64,000 nucleotides of DNA from Candidatus Babelota bacterium. Lineage in GTDB: Bacteria > Babelota > Babeliae > Babelales > Vermiphilaceae. The DNA lies in assembly GCA_035445995.1 (NCBI GenBank), contig DAOMRS010000001.1, forward strand, positions 369,203-433,202. Direction: 5' to 3'. The notes beneath the pieces are model-generated. The model was not told the origin of the DNA and searched no databases. It saw only the letters and a list, made by a program, of their open reading frames with translations. Position 1 is the stretch's first letter; each line of letters opens with the position of its first letter. Shown piece by piece: positions 46,129 to 56,029 of this stretch. A program made the position numbers and the translations under genes.

Positions 46129-47589
46129 TCATCTGTTTTTGATTTTCAAATGATAATCTACTTGCTTGCCAGTAATGTCGGCAGCATAGTACACCATGAA
46201 TGGCTGCTCATAATAATGAATCCACCATGGGCGCGCTCGCGGATTACTTGCTGGTAACGTAACTTGTTCTTTATCATCTCCATTACCTTGTGCTACATAT
46301 AATAAATCGGTTATTTGTTCATTAAAACGCGGCACTTGCCCCGTGCCTGGAACACCATTAAATGCTTCATACAGAATCTCTAATAATCGTTGTGCGTTCG
46401 ATTGTCCACTAGCCGGATATATGACAACTAATGGCGTATCTGCAGGTATTGATATCTCTAATTCATTCGGTAAATCTTCCCTGCGTGCACCAGTCCGATC
46501 GGCTATCTGTTCTATGTCTCTCTTGCCAAGAACTAATGTAGATCCAACTCTAAATTTAAATGTTGCAATTAATTTTTGCACTTCACCATTTTCTTTGATG
46601 AGTTGTAATAACTTAATCAGTACATTATATCTGTTACCTTTTGGCATAAGATGGATCTTATAATTAGATACCAAAATACCTAGTATTTCTTGAGCACGAT
46701 CTTTGTTTATATACAATGCATCTTCATAATCTTGCATCATCCACGAGGTTTCAGCACCATTTACTTTCTTCACCAACATGTTCCCCCGCAGTAATTCCTT
46801 ATTTTCAAAGTACACCATGTTTTGTGTGGGTACAAATGTAGTGTTAAATCCAAAGTACTCAGCTAATGCTTGCCAAACTAAACGCCTAATGAGTGGAATT
46901 CTTCTTTTTGCAGGTATACCGCCATCTGGTAGTAAATCAAATAAAGTAAATGCTGGGACTTTGTTTTTTAAATATGTATCAACTACCTCTTTATATTGAT
47001 CAGGAATATCACTGAATAAACCATATGCAGATTTTTTTAAATCAGCTACCAATTGCTCGGATAATGGTACGACTTTTCTTCTGGTCGATTCTTCTAACTC
47101 GTGCTGGCGCAGTTCTTGTTTTATTCCTTCAGATACAAACACCGTATTATCCATTGCAGCTTTGACCGTCAATTCAATAGTTTCTTTTGGGTTAAGCACA
47201 GCAGGAATCCACTTATAATATATAACCCATTCAAGCTGCATATTTGCTGATACAATTATTTCAACATCCTTACCCCTATTAATTGGCTGCTGTGCTTCAT
47301 GGCGAATTTGAGCAAGCGTATCATTAAGTGAAGTAGAATTATAATACGTAATGGTAAGCCTCAATAGATTATCTAGCCTTGAAGCAATTTCAACCAAACG
47401 ATTACCCCTATTGACCATCAGAACATGTGCTCTGTGTATATCTATATAATGTACCTTGAATGAAAAAATTGAATCGTTTGTGATAAAAACTTTGGGTTGA
47501 TATGCCGGCTCTTCTTTTTCCATTGAGCTCACAAAATTAAATAACATTCCCAAGCAAAACAACATAGCAACAACAAGATTTTTCTTCAT
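46129..47589 (-). CDS. secreted protein with C-terminal OspF/SpvC-like (phosphothreonine lyase family) signature
   Basis: Start ATG 47589 follows GGAGGG. Signal MKKNLVVAMLFCLGMLFNFVSS. The C-terminal region YKIHLMP...ATFKFRV...PLVVIYPAS...LLYVAQGNGDDK is collinear with SpvC DKFHISV...DKWKVTD...AQFTLYIKP...YLSYRNE. Confidence 0.5.
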   Translation of the reverse strand: MKKNLVVAMLFCLGMLFNFVSSMEKEEPAYQPKVFITNDSIFSFKVHYIDIHRAHVLMVNRGNRLVEIASRLDNLLRLTITYYNSTSLNDTLAQIRHEAQQPINRGKDVEIIVSANMQLEWVIYYKWIPAVLNPKETIELTVKAAMDNTVFVSEGIKQELRQHELEESTRRKVVPLSEQLVADLKKSAYGLFSDIPDQYKEVVDTYLKNKVPAFTLFDLLPDGGIPAKRRIPLIRRLVWQALAEYFGFNTTFVPTQNMVYFENKELLRGNMLVKKVNGAETSWMMQDYEDALYINKDRAQEILGILVSNYKIHLMPKGNRYNVLIKLLQLIKENGEVQKLIATFKFRVGSTLVLGKRDIEQIADRTGARREDLPNELEISIPADTPLVVIYPASGQSNAQRLLEILYEAFNGVPGTGQVPRFNEQITDLLYVAQGNGDDKEQVTLPASNPRARPWWIHYYEQPFMVYYAADITGKQVDYHLKIKNR

Positions 47590-47635
47590 ATTCCCTCCAC
47601 ATATACGACTATTTTGCAAAATACAAATAAAGTTA

Positions 47636-48133
47636 CTATCTTGCTTTTACATCACAGAGAATACTTTTTACATGTAATCTTGAACTAAGCAGTTGTCCTA
47701 TAAACCCAATAGTTAATGTACACGCATTTCCTTTTTTATTGCTCACTAATACAAAAGGATTCTTGAGTGACAACGTATATGGATTATATGTCCATGTTGT
47801 TTTTACTATTGCCTGAGCATCTTTAATACTAGCGTCTTCTTTTTTATCTGATAAAAAACCTATTTCACGAACTTCTTGCGGCTGCAATATAAAAAAATCA
47901 TCTACTATAAATTCACCTGCTTGTTTCTTACGATAAATTTCATCGCGCTCTGCTTGACTATACGCTAGTGAAAACTCCATACCTTTCAATTTTCGATCAA
48001 AATACTGAACTTCAATGCGCATTTCATACTCAGTATCATTTTTAACAGACAAAAACTGCTTCCCTGCTGCTAAAACTATATCACTTACACATCCTGCTAC
48101 TAAAAATAAAAAAACCATCATATATTTTTTCAT
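47636..48133 (-). CDS. hypothetical lipoprotein
   Basis: Lipobox MKKYMMVFLFLVAGC. No family recognised. Confidence 0.6.
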   Translation of the reverse strand: MKKYMMVFLFLVAGCVSDIVLAAGKQFLSVKNDTEYEMRIEVQYFDRKLKGMEFSLAYSQAERDEIYRKKQAGEFIVDDFFILQPQEVREIGFLSDKKEDASIKDAQAIVKTTWTYNPYTLSLKNPFVLVSNKKGNACTLTIGFIGQLLSSRLHVKSILCDVKAR

Positions 48134-48329
48134 TTATTTATCCTCATTTTTATAAAGATTTATATCAAAATATCTCTAGTAAAACATAAACCTTTTGTGT
48201 GATAATACGCAATGATTTATAAAATTATTTATAATTTGTGCTATAAACACTAATTGATATTTGATTTTTTTTATAAGTAGATCATAGTAGTAAATTACCT
48301 AACAAAGCATCATTCTTAAAGGAGCTCAT

Positions 48330-49649
48330 ATGATCAAAAAGCACCCCCTATACATGTCAGTTTTAATCAGTACATTATTATTGGCTTCTACCTTGAATGC
48401 CTCATGGGCATCGCACATCTCTGCATTAATGCAAGAATCCAATTCTATCTGGCTCCAACTGATATTATCCCTTCTACTGGGAACTCTATTAAGTTTTACA
48501 CCGTGCATTTATCCCATGATTCCTATTACCATTGGCATATTGGGTGGCGGTAGTAAATCAGTAATACATAATTTTGGTCGTGCACTTGCATACACATTCG
48601 GTATTGCGACCACCTTCGCCTTATTAGGGCTTATGGCAGCATTCACCGGACAATTATTCGGTAGTCTCATGACGCAAACTCCCGTAATTCTTGGCATGGC
48701 ATGCCTCATGATATATCTGGGATTATCTATGATGGGATTTTATAACATGTATATCCCACGCTTTATCCAAGTAGGTGGTTCTAATACACCAAGTGGATCT
48801 CTTGTAGGAGCGTTTATTTTTGGTGCTATAAGTGGCACCGTGGCATCTCCTTGCGTTTCTCCAGGGCTTGTATTATTACTTGGCATTGTCACTGCATTAG
48901 GTAGCAAAATTCTTGGGTTTGCATTGTTGTTCTCATTCGGAGTAGGCTTGAGCATTCCACTTTTAATTATCGGCACTTTTTCAAGCTCACTATCAGTACT
49001 ACCACAAGCTGGCATGTGGATGAATGACGTCAAAGAATTTTTTGGTCTTTTATTACTTGGAATGGCATTATATTTTTTAAGTCCATTACTTCCACAAGAA
49101 ATTATTATGTGGTTACTTGGATCGGCACTCATGCTCGTCGGCTTATATTATATATTCAGTGCATACAAGAACATTTCTACGGTAGGTCGTACACTTAAAA
49201 TTATTATCGGCCTTTGTGCATTTGTGGGTTCCCTATATGTATTTATGAATACATGCCAAACATGTTCTGATATGGAATGTGCAGATCAAAAATCATTCTG
49301 GTTCTTATCATACAATGATGCCTTAGCAGAAGCACAAAAAACAAATAAAAATATTTTTGTAGATATTACGGCACCATATTGTTCAATTTGCAAAGCTATA
49401 GATAAAAAATTATTGCAAAATGACCAAGTCATAGAAGCATTGCTAGATCTCATTCCTGTACAGTTAGATGCATCTGATACTGAAAATGAAATCCATATGC
49501 AATTATTCAAAGAATTCAAAGTAATTGGCACACCAACCTTTTTAATCATTGATCCATACACGGGAGATGAATTACAACGCTGGGGTGCAGAATTATATGA
49601 AATAAGCCCAAACAAATTTGTTGAAATGCTAGAACACTATAAAAGATAA
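48330..49649 (+). CDS. dsbD: thiol:disulfide interchange protein DsbD-like (CcdA-type TM domain + C-terminal thioredoxin fold)
   Basis: Multi-TM core with conserved Cys-Pro pairs (FTPCIYPMIP, VASPCVSPG). C-terminal thioredoxin-like CxxC APYCSICK. Confidence 0.85.
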   Translation: MIKKHPLYMSVLISTLLLASTLNASWASHISALMQESNSIWLQLILSLLLGTLLSFTPCIYPMIPITIGILGGGSKSVIHNFGRALAYTFGIATTFALLGLMAAFTGQLFGSLMTQTPVILGMACLMIYLGLSMMGFYNMYIPRFIQVGGSNTPSGSLVGAFIFGAISGTVASPCVSPGLVLLLGIVTALGSKILGFALLFSFGVGLSIPLLIIGTFSSSLSVLPQAGMWMNDVKEFFGLLLLGMALYFLSPLLPQEIIMWLLGSALMLVGLYYIFSAYKNISTVGRTLKIIIGLCAFVGSLYVFMNTCQTCSDMECADQKSFWFLSYNDALAEAQKTNKNIFVDITAPYCSICKAIDKKLLQNDQVIEALLDLIPVQLDASDTENEIHMQLFKEFKVIGTPTFLIIDPYTGDELQRWGAELYEISPNKFVEMLEHYKR

Positions 49650-49657
49650 GTAAAAAA

Positions 49658-49678
49658 AGCCGCTCAATATGAGCGGCT
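49658..49678. terminator. bidirectional Rho-independent terminator
   Basis: AGCCGCUC-aauau-GAGCGGCU hairpin flanked by A7 and T7, between convergent dsbD and hpf. Confidence 0.75.
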
Positions 49679-49682
49679 TTTT

Positions 49683-50027
49683 TTAACGTTGTTTCTTGAA
49701 TTCTTCGTGACGACCACGCGTTTTTCGCTCGTCAACTTCTCTTCTTTTTTGTTCGTGTAATTCTTCATACATTACATCAATTACCCGATCTAACACTGCA
49801 TATAGATCTGTACCTTCATAATTAGAAATAAGGTCATATTGTGGGCTTTTGACACGCAACTCTACACGATGATGCGCATGTATTTTTGATGGTTCAAGTA
49901 CCAAATCAATATATATGGGGGTACGTTCATGCTCAAGAAAATTGATCACCTTTGCCAACTGCTCATTCGCATATTCTTCCATAACATCTGAATGATCCAT
50001 ATTTCTGAATGTAATACGTTTGTGCAT
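49683..50027 (-). CDS. hpf: ribosome hibernation promoting factor (short HPF/RaiA family)
   Basis: MHKRITFRNMDHSDVMEEYANEQLAKV... is the S30AE family pattern. Start ATG 50027 follows AAGGAG. Confidence 0.8.
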   Translation of the reverse strand: MHKRITFRNMDHSDVMEEYANEQLAKVINFLEHERTPIYIDLVLEPSKIHAHHRVELRVKSPQYDLISNYEGTDLYAVLDRVIDVMYEELHEQKRREVDERKTRGRHEEFKKQR

Positions 50028-50085
50028 AATAAACTCCTTTTGAAGGTTGCTGAACTTCTGCAAGAAGTATTATACCGCAATAGTA

Positions 50086-51396
50086 TTACCTGCGCACAAC
50101 AAATTTGATTGGCACACCCTGTAAGTCACATGCACGGCGCAAAAGATTTTCAAAATATGCAAGCTGACTTGGCCCAAACCATTCAGGCGTATTAACATAT
50201 AGCAAGAGTGTAATTGGGGCTGATTTAATTTGTTTAACTTTATGTACATGTAGCAAGCTCTCATTACGGTAGAGCGGCTTTTTATGCAATGCATCTTTAA
50301 AGAATAAAGTAAGATCATCAATTGGCAATTCTTGTGAATAACGCTGCCAAACTTTTTGCACAAGTGGCAACACCTTACCAATATTCTGCCCTGTTTTGCA
50401 TGATATGTTTAACTGAGCAACTTTTTTTATAAAATATTTATATTCATCTAAATCCATAGCAAGTTGCTCTACATCAAACTCTTCAGTCAAATCTTGTTTG
50501 TTAAACAACAAGATTAACCCTTTGTGTTTTTCTTCAAATGCATAAAATGCCAATTTTAATTCTTGATCTGATAGCTTACCTTCAGATGAATCAATAAGTA
50601 ATAAAACAATGTCAGCATCATCAAGTGCACGCAAAGAACTTCTTGCCATAAGCCCTTCAAGCGGTTCAGTAATCGCACGCTGCCTGCGCAATCCCGGTGT
50701 ATCAGTAACCAAAATATCTTCTTTGAAAAAACGAACTTTTTCTGCTATAGCTTCCCGCGTAGTACCTGGAATATCAGCAACAATAGCACGCTCTTGTTTG
50801 AGTAATAAGTTCAATAATGAAGATTTACCAACGTTTGGCTTACCAAGCAATACTACCTTGCATGTAAGCTCTTCTTCTTTTTGTTCTTTTTTTTCAGGCA
50901 ATATAGTAACAAGTTCTTCTAATAAATCAGCAATACCAATACCATGCTGTGCTGAGATAGGAAAAATCTTTTTGAACCCTAATTGATCAAACTCATACAA
51001 TTGTTCTTGTGCAACATGTGCATCTGTTTTGTTGATAACAAGAATTACCTCTTTTTTCATTTTGTGCAACATTTTAGATAGTGCAAGATCTTCTGGCAAA
51101 ACACCTACCTTACCATCACACATAAACAACACAATATCAGCATCTTCAAATAAAGAGAGCGCTTTTTTACGCGTTTCTTCAATCAAAGGGTCTTGCGATG
51201 AGCGTACACTAATACCACCTGTATCAATCAGCTCAAAGCACTTATCTTGCCAACATACCGTGTCTTTTAAAAAATCACGTGTTACGCCTTCATAATCAAA
51301 AGCCAAGCTTTTTACATCAGTAGATAAACGATTAAATAAGGTAGATTTGCCAACATTCATTCTACCCACAATTAATACACGCGGTAATGTGCTCAT
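50086..51396 (-). CDS. der: ribosome biogenesis GTPase Der (EngA)
   Basis: Two tandem G domains (GRMNVGKSTLFN / DTGG / NKTD and GKPNVGKSSLLN / DTPG / NKQD) plus a KH-like C-terminus. Confidence 0.93.
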   Translation of the reverse strand: MSTLPRVLIVGRMNVGKSTLFNRLSTDVKSLAFDYEGVTRDFLKDTVCWQDKCFELIDTGGISVRSSQDPLIEETRKKALSLFEDADIVLFMCDGKVGVLPEDLALSKMLHKMKKEVILVINKTDAHVAQEQLYEFDQLGFKKIFPISAQHGIGIADLLEELVTILPEKKEQKEEELTCKVVLLGKPNVGKSSLLNLLLKQERAIVADIPGTTREAIAEKVRFFKEDILVTDTPGLRRQRAITEPLEGLMARSSLRALDDADIVLLLIDSSEGKLSDQELKLAFYAFEEKHKGLILLFNKQDLTEEFDVEQLAMDLDEYKYFIKKVAQLNISCKTGQNIGKVLPLVQKVWQRYSQELPIDDLTLFFKDALHKKPLYRNESLLHVHKVKQIKSAPITLLLYVNTPEWFGPSQLAYFENLLRRACDLQGVPIKFVVRR

Positions 51397-51399
51397 TTT

Positions 51400-53196
51400 T
51401 TATGTCCTTATTTCCCGTACGGTTCCAGGAAAATACTGTAATATAAGATTTGTTTTTTGCCACACTGATGTATCAGACACGTCAATAGGATATGAATCTG
51501 GCTGTTTATGCATAGACATAGAACGTCCGTTGTTCCGTTGGTGCATCACACTATGTTGCGGTCTTGTTTGATTGTATACTTTGCTAACAGATGTTTTTTG
51601 TACTTGAACTGCTTTGGATGCATGCAATGTTGTTGCAGTATTTGGTGTTTTTTGTTCAATTGGCGCAGCAACATGCTTAATGACAATTTCTTTCTTCGCA
51701 CCACTAAATAACGGATTGAACTTTACTTGTTTATTAAATACCGTACACAATATTGGAAACCAAAGTTTTTCAGTACTTTTTAACCAATCAGAAAAGAATG
51801 ATAAATCTTTAGAAAATTCAACATCTAATGCACCGGTAGCCGGATTATAATTTTTTACTGAACCTTGTGTGAAGATTGAAGTAACCAATGGATCATTAAT
51901 TGTTTGTATCTGCACTATAAAAGTCTGCCATTGTTTTTGAAATTCTTCTTCTTCTATTTCCTCTTCCTCATCTTCTTCATCAAAATCTCCTTCATCTTCT
52001 TCATCATCTAGCAAATCTTGAGACTCGTCTTCTACCATAGGAACTGATGCCTGTTGTACAGGAGATGATGAACCTTCAGGATCTTTTTTGATGCTATGCG
52101 TATGGCATAGTTGCAATAGGATCATTTCGAGTAATGAATACTTAGCAGTCGTTCTCAAAAATGCAGATTCATTTTCATAGAATGTATCTAATATGTGGTT
52201 AATATGCGCAAGAGAAACATGCGTTGCTATATGTGAAAGCTCTGATGCATAATCACTAAACTGCTCTGATGCTACACCATGTTTTGCCCAAAGTAATGCT
52301 CGAGCAAGATCCAATAGTCGCCCCCATACATATTCCGGTGCATACGTAGATAGTTTGATTTCTTTTATGGTCTGTAATAACGTTGCAGGGGTTTTAGTCA
52401 CCACCGCATCAAACAAACCCAAAATACGCGCATCATCAAGATATCCTAATACATTGAGTACTGCCTCTTTATTTACAATACTACTTGAAAAACGCACTTG
52501 TTCGAGCATATTCAAAGCATCACGTGCAGAACCATCTGTTTCTTTTACAATATAATGCAGACCATCTTCATCAAATTGAATATTTTCTTGCACGCATATA
52601 TTTTGCAAATGATGCACTAATGTATTCACTTCAATTGACTTGAAAAATAATTGAAAGCAACGGGATCTAACCGTATCAATAATTTTATGCGGATCTGTTG
52701 TTGCTAAGATAAAAAGCACTGATGATGGCGGCTCTTCAAGTACTTTAAGTAACGCATTAAATGCTGCTTTACTCAACATATGCGCTTCATCGATCAAATA
52801 AATTTTCTTAGTACCCATTAGCGGCATTAATGACGCTGCATCAACAATTTGTCGAACATTATCTACACCGGTATGTGAAGCAGCATCCATTTCTATAAAA
52901 TCTGGATGTTTACCCGCAAGCATAGCGGTGCATGATATGCACGTCAAACATGGTAACTGAGCTTTTTGAGGTTTTTGTTGGAATAATTCCAGTTGCTCAC
53001 AATTGAGCGCCATTGCAAATACGCGAGCCGTCGTTGTTTTACCACACCCACGCTGACCAGAGAATAAATATACAGGAAAGTATTGGCCCTTATAGAGACT
53101 GTTTTTGAGCATACGAACAGAAAGTTCTTGCCCAACAATTTCATTAAAATTTTTTGACCGCCACTTGCGTGCGAGGTTCAACTTTACCGTATTCAT
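51400..53196 (-). CDS. dnaX: DNA polymerase III subunit gamma/tau
   Basis: LARKWRSKNF..., Walker A GQRGCGKTTTAR, Zn module CEQ...C..C..C, Walker B YLIDEAHML, and SRC. Start moved to ATG 53196. Confidence 0.92.
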   Translation of the reverse strand: MNTVKLNLARKWRSKNFNEIVGQELSVRMLKNSLYKGQYFPVYLFSGQRGCGKTTTARVFAMALNCEQLELFQQKPQKAQLPCLTCISCTAMLAGKHPDFIEMDAASHTGVDNVRQIVDAASLMPLMGTKKIYLIDEAHMLSKAAFNALLKVLEEPPSSVLFILATTDPHKIIDTVRSRCFQLFFKSIEVNTLVHHLQNICVQENIQFDEDGLHYIVKETDGSARDALNMLEQVRFSSSIVNKEAVLNVLGYLDDARILGLFDAVVTKTPATLLQTIKEIKLSTYAPEYVWGRLLDLARALLWAKHGVASEQFSDYASELSHIATHVSLAHINHILDTFYENESAFLRTTAKYSLLEMILLQLCHTHSIKKDPEGSSSPVQQASVPMVEDESQDLLDDEEDEGDFDEEDEEEEIEEEEFQKQWQTFIVQIQTINDPLVTSIFTQGSVKNYNPATGALDVEFSKDLSFFSDWLKSTEKLWFPILCTVFNKQVKFNPLFSGAKKEIVIKHVAAPIEQKTPNTATTLHASKAVQVQKTSVSKVYNQTRPQHSVMHQRNNGRSMSMHKQPDSYPIDVSDTSVWQKTNLILQYFPGTVREIRT

Positions 53197-53343
53197 GTCT
53201 GTTCTTTTGGGTGAGTTTGTTATGCTATGCTCTATACTCACATGGGGAAGTTGTACAAGATATACTTGTGCCCCTGCTGCTTCCTTTCGGACCTGACAGA
53301 TTAAGCCAAGATTCTTTACATACTTCCCCAAAATTTTTATTTT

Positions 53344-53432
53344 CGGAGAGAGAGGGATTCGAACCCTCGATGCCTCTTACGAGACATACACGATTTCCAA
53401 TCGTGCTCTTTAGACCACTCAGACACCTCTCC
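53344..53432 (-). tRNA. tRNA-Ser (anticodon GGA), CCA not encoded
   Basis: Reverse strand GGAGAGGTGTCTGAGTGGTCTAAAGAGCACGATTGGAAATCGTG...GAGGGTTCGAATCCCTCTCTCTCCG. Anticodon stem CACGA/TCGTG with loop TTGGAAA. Long variable arm. T-arm GAGGG-TTCGAAT-CCCTC. Confidence 0.9.
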
Positions 53433-53472
53433 GAGATTGCCTTGCAAAAGACCGGTCTAAAAGAGTTCTTTT

Positions 53473-54351
53473 TTACTCTTCTATATCTTCAATATCATCA
53501 ATTATAATATTGTCGACACTATTATCTTCATCTTCTTCTTCAACCACTGCTTTTTTAGTTGATTTAGCTTTGTTTTTAGTTGAAGCTTCTACTGAAGAAG
53601 GAGCTTTTTTTGCTTCTCCCTTTTTAGTTTTTTCCGAAGCTGCTTCTTTTTCTTTTTCAAGTGCTATTTTTTTACCAGCTTCTACAGCATTGCCTAGATG
53701 GTTCATTATTAAGGAAATAGAACTTACTGCATCATCATTTGCTGGAATAACATAATCAACCAACGATGGGTCACAGTTAGTATCAACTATGGCAACAACC
53801 GGAACATGCATATTGACTGCTTCAAGCAATGCCGAATTCTCACGACCAACATCTACTAAAACAAGCGCACCAACTGGCCACTTAAGTGTACGGATCCCAC
53901 CAACACTTTTTTCAAGACGTTCTGTATCTTTTTTGAATTCGTTTAGTTCTTTTTTGGTATAATGAGGAAATTTTTCAGATTTTGCCAAGATATCTTCAAG
54001 GTGTAACAATTTAGTTACTGCTTTTTTTACTTGCGCAAAATTACTTAACGTACCACCAATCCAACGGTGGTTAACATAAGGCATACCAAGTTTCATTGCA
54101 ACTTCAGTAACCGCCTTCTGAGCTGGCTTTTTAGTACCAACCCATAAAATGGTTTTATTATCTGCAGCAACAGACTCTAAAAATTTAGCTGCTTGTTCAA
54201 GGTGACTTGCTGTTTTTGAAATATCGATCAGGTGAACCTTATTTTTAGTACCCCAGATGAATGGAGCCATTTTAGGGTTCCAACGAGCTGATCGGTGACC
54301 AAAATGTGTACCTGCTTTACCTAATTCTTTGAAATCAATTTGTTTTGTCAT
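53473..54351 (-). CDS. rpsB: 30S ribosomal protein S2 (with K/E/D-rich C-terminal extension)
   Basis: GTHFGHRSARWNPKMAPFIWG and VDTNCDP motifs. The roughly 60-aa charged tail ends in DNIIIDDIEDIEE. Confidence 0.93.
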   Translation of the reverse strand: MTKQIDFKELGKAGTHFGHRSARWNPKMAPFIWGTKNKVHLIDISKTASHLEQAAKFLESVAADNKTILWVGTKKPAQKAVTEVAMKLGMPYVNHRWIGGTLSNFAQVKKAVTKLLHLEDILAKSEKFPHYTKKELNEFKKDTERLEKSVGGIRTLKWPVGALVLVDVGRENSALLEAVNMHVPVVAIVDTNCDPSLVDYVIPANDDAVSSISLIMNHLGNAVEAGKKIALEKEKEAASEKTKKGEAKKAPSSVEASTKNKAKSTKKAVVEEEDEDNSVDNIIIDDIEDIEE

Positions 54352-54441
54352 GCAAAAATCCTTAAAATTCCTCTCGTAGCTCTACCTATAAGACTACCCT
54401 ATAGATTGTAGCAAAAAGCCCTACAATTGCAATCTAAATAC

Positions 54442-55863
54442 CTATATTTTTATTGCCTCTTCATCCAAACCAATAACCTCATTCTTTGCTATAGCGCGAT
54501 CAAATCGACGACCAAGCAAATATGCAGCCATAAACCATAACCCCACTACTCCTGCGAAGAAGAAAGAATGTAATGGCATATACATGGAAACAGATACCTG
54601 TGTAGTTGCCCAGTTAAATGCCGATCCACTAGTCTTAGCAAATTTACTACCAAAGGCATCAATCCATGATTTTGATTTAAACTTAATTTCTTTAACTGTT
54701 GGTATATATAAACTTTCCCTGACTGGCCAGCTAAATGCCAAGTTAATAGATTTTAAGATACTATATGCTAATCCAAACATAAATGGCGATGCATCAAACA
54801 TTACATAGCACAATACTGCCCCACATACTAACGGTATTAAAAAAAGACACACTCGTGTACCTAGCCGCTTGAGTAATTCTCTCGTACCCAGTAACGAGAT
54901 AAGAAACCCAATAGCATGAGATAACATGATCATCCATAATAAATTTGCCGTTACTCCCGCAAGCGTATCAGCATTCGCTTCTGCAACTTTTAAACGCAAA
55001 AAACTCAAAACTGTGCTGACAACTTCGTAAAAATAAACCATACCAAATATACCCAAAACATATGGATATCGAATTAGCAACCATAATCCGGCAAACATAC
55101 CAGTTTCATTTTTACCCTCTTTCTTTCGTAACTTTTCCGCTTGATACACTGCTTCATAACCATGTAAATACTGGCCAGGAACATGTTTTATCATCATTAA
55201 TGTCATAATCGGCACTAAAATAAGCATACATGATGACATAGCATAGACTAACTGATGCGCATAAATGTCCACACTACGTGAATAGGTAGCAGAAGCACTT
55301 ATACCGCTCAATATAATCCAAGCAATAAGTGCACTTGTTACACCACCAAATTTAGACCCTGCAACCATCAATCCATAATTGTTTTTTGCTTCTTGAGGGC
55401 TAGAAATTGAGTTTGCAAACGCCCAAAATACACTGACCAAAAATGGTGAATATGCTTCGACAAAAAAGTAAAATACCCATCCAAATATACGATCGGGACC
55501 TATATTCGTGTTTGGTAATCCAATAACCGGATGCCCTAATAAATAAGTAAAAAGAAACCCTAGCATCCCAAAAAATAACGCACAATAGTTCAGTAATTGA
55601 TAACGACGCACCTTATCTACTAACTTTGAATATAAAAAAATTGCTGGCATAAGCCCAAATAACACCACCGTGCGCGCAAGAGGAACATATTCTCTACCTA
55701 CTATTTGCAAAAACACCGAATCTTTCAATTCTTTAGCTATAGTATATCCACCAATAATCAAACAAAATGCCATAGACAAAAACAATAGCTTTTGCCGCTC
55801 ATGCGGCTCAACATCAAAAAGCGCTCCAAACACGTTTCTTATTTTCGACCCCATTCCCATCAA
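54442..55863 (-). CDS. ATP/ADP translocase family nucleotide transporter (Tlc/NTT), copy 1
   Basis: About 12 TM helices. N-terminal family signature ERQKLLFLSMAFCLIIGGYTIAKELKDSVF. Confidence 0.8.
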   Translation of the reverse strand: MMGMGSKIRNVFGALFDVEPHERQKLLFLSMAFCLIIGGYTIAKELKDSVFLQIVGREYVPLARTVVLFGLMPAIFLYSKLVDKVRRYQLLNYCALFFGMLGFLFTYLLGHPVIGLPNTNIGPDRIFGWVFYFFVEAYSPFLVSVFWAFANSISSPQEAKNNYGLMVAGSKFGGVTSALIAWIILSGISASATYSRSVDIYAHQLVYAMSSCMLILVPIMTLMMIKHVPGQYLHGYEAVYQAEKLRKKEGKNETGMFAGLWLLIRYPYVLGIFGMVYFYEVVSTVLSFLRLKVAEANADTLAGVTANLLWMIMLSHAIGFLISLLGTRELLKRLGTRVCLFLIPLVCGAVLCYVMFDASPFMFGLAYSILKSINLAFSWPVRESLYIPTVKEIKFKSKSWIDAFGSKFAKTSGSAFNWATTQVSVSMYMPLHSFFFAGVVGLWFMAAYLLGRRFDRAIAKNEVIGLDEEAIKI

Positions 55864-56029
55864 TGCATCCCTCTTGCCTTAAATACAAACAACAAATACA
55901 TTAGCCCGAATTAATTCACTCACCCTAATTCACTCACTTCTTTATACATGAAAGAGCCTTCGTCGATTATCGACAGAAGGCTCTTTCTTTTTTAATTCAT
56001 CATCATAATAGTATGCTTCAGCTTACTGA

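Noticed and set aside
50070-50381. A 103-aa minus-strand ORF overlaps the 3' part of der.
   Set aside because: It is out of frame within der, Cys/His-rich and of odd composition. der is unambiguous.
51941-52012. An acidic run DDEEDEGDFDEEDEEEEIEEEEF lies inside dnaX and could be an inserted element or a frameshift site.
   Set aside because: It is in frame and lies in the variable linker between the gamma core and the tau C-terminal region. I saw no A-AAA-AAG type slippery site nearby. I treat it as a low-complexity linker.
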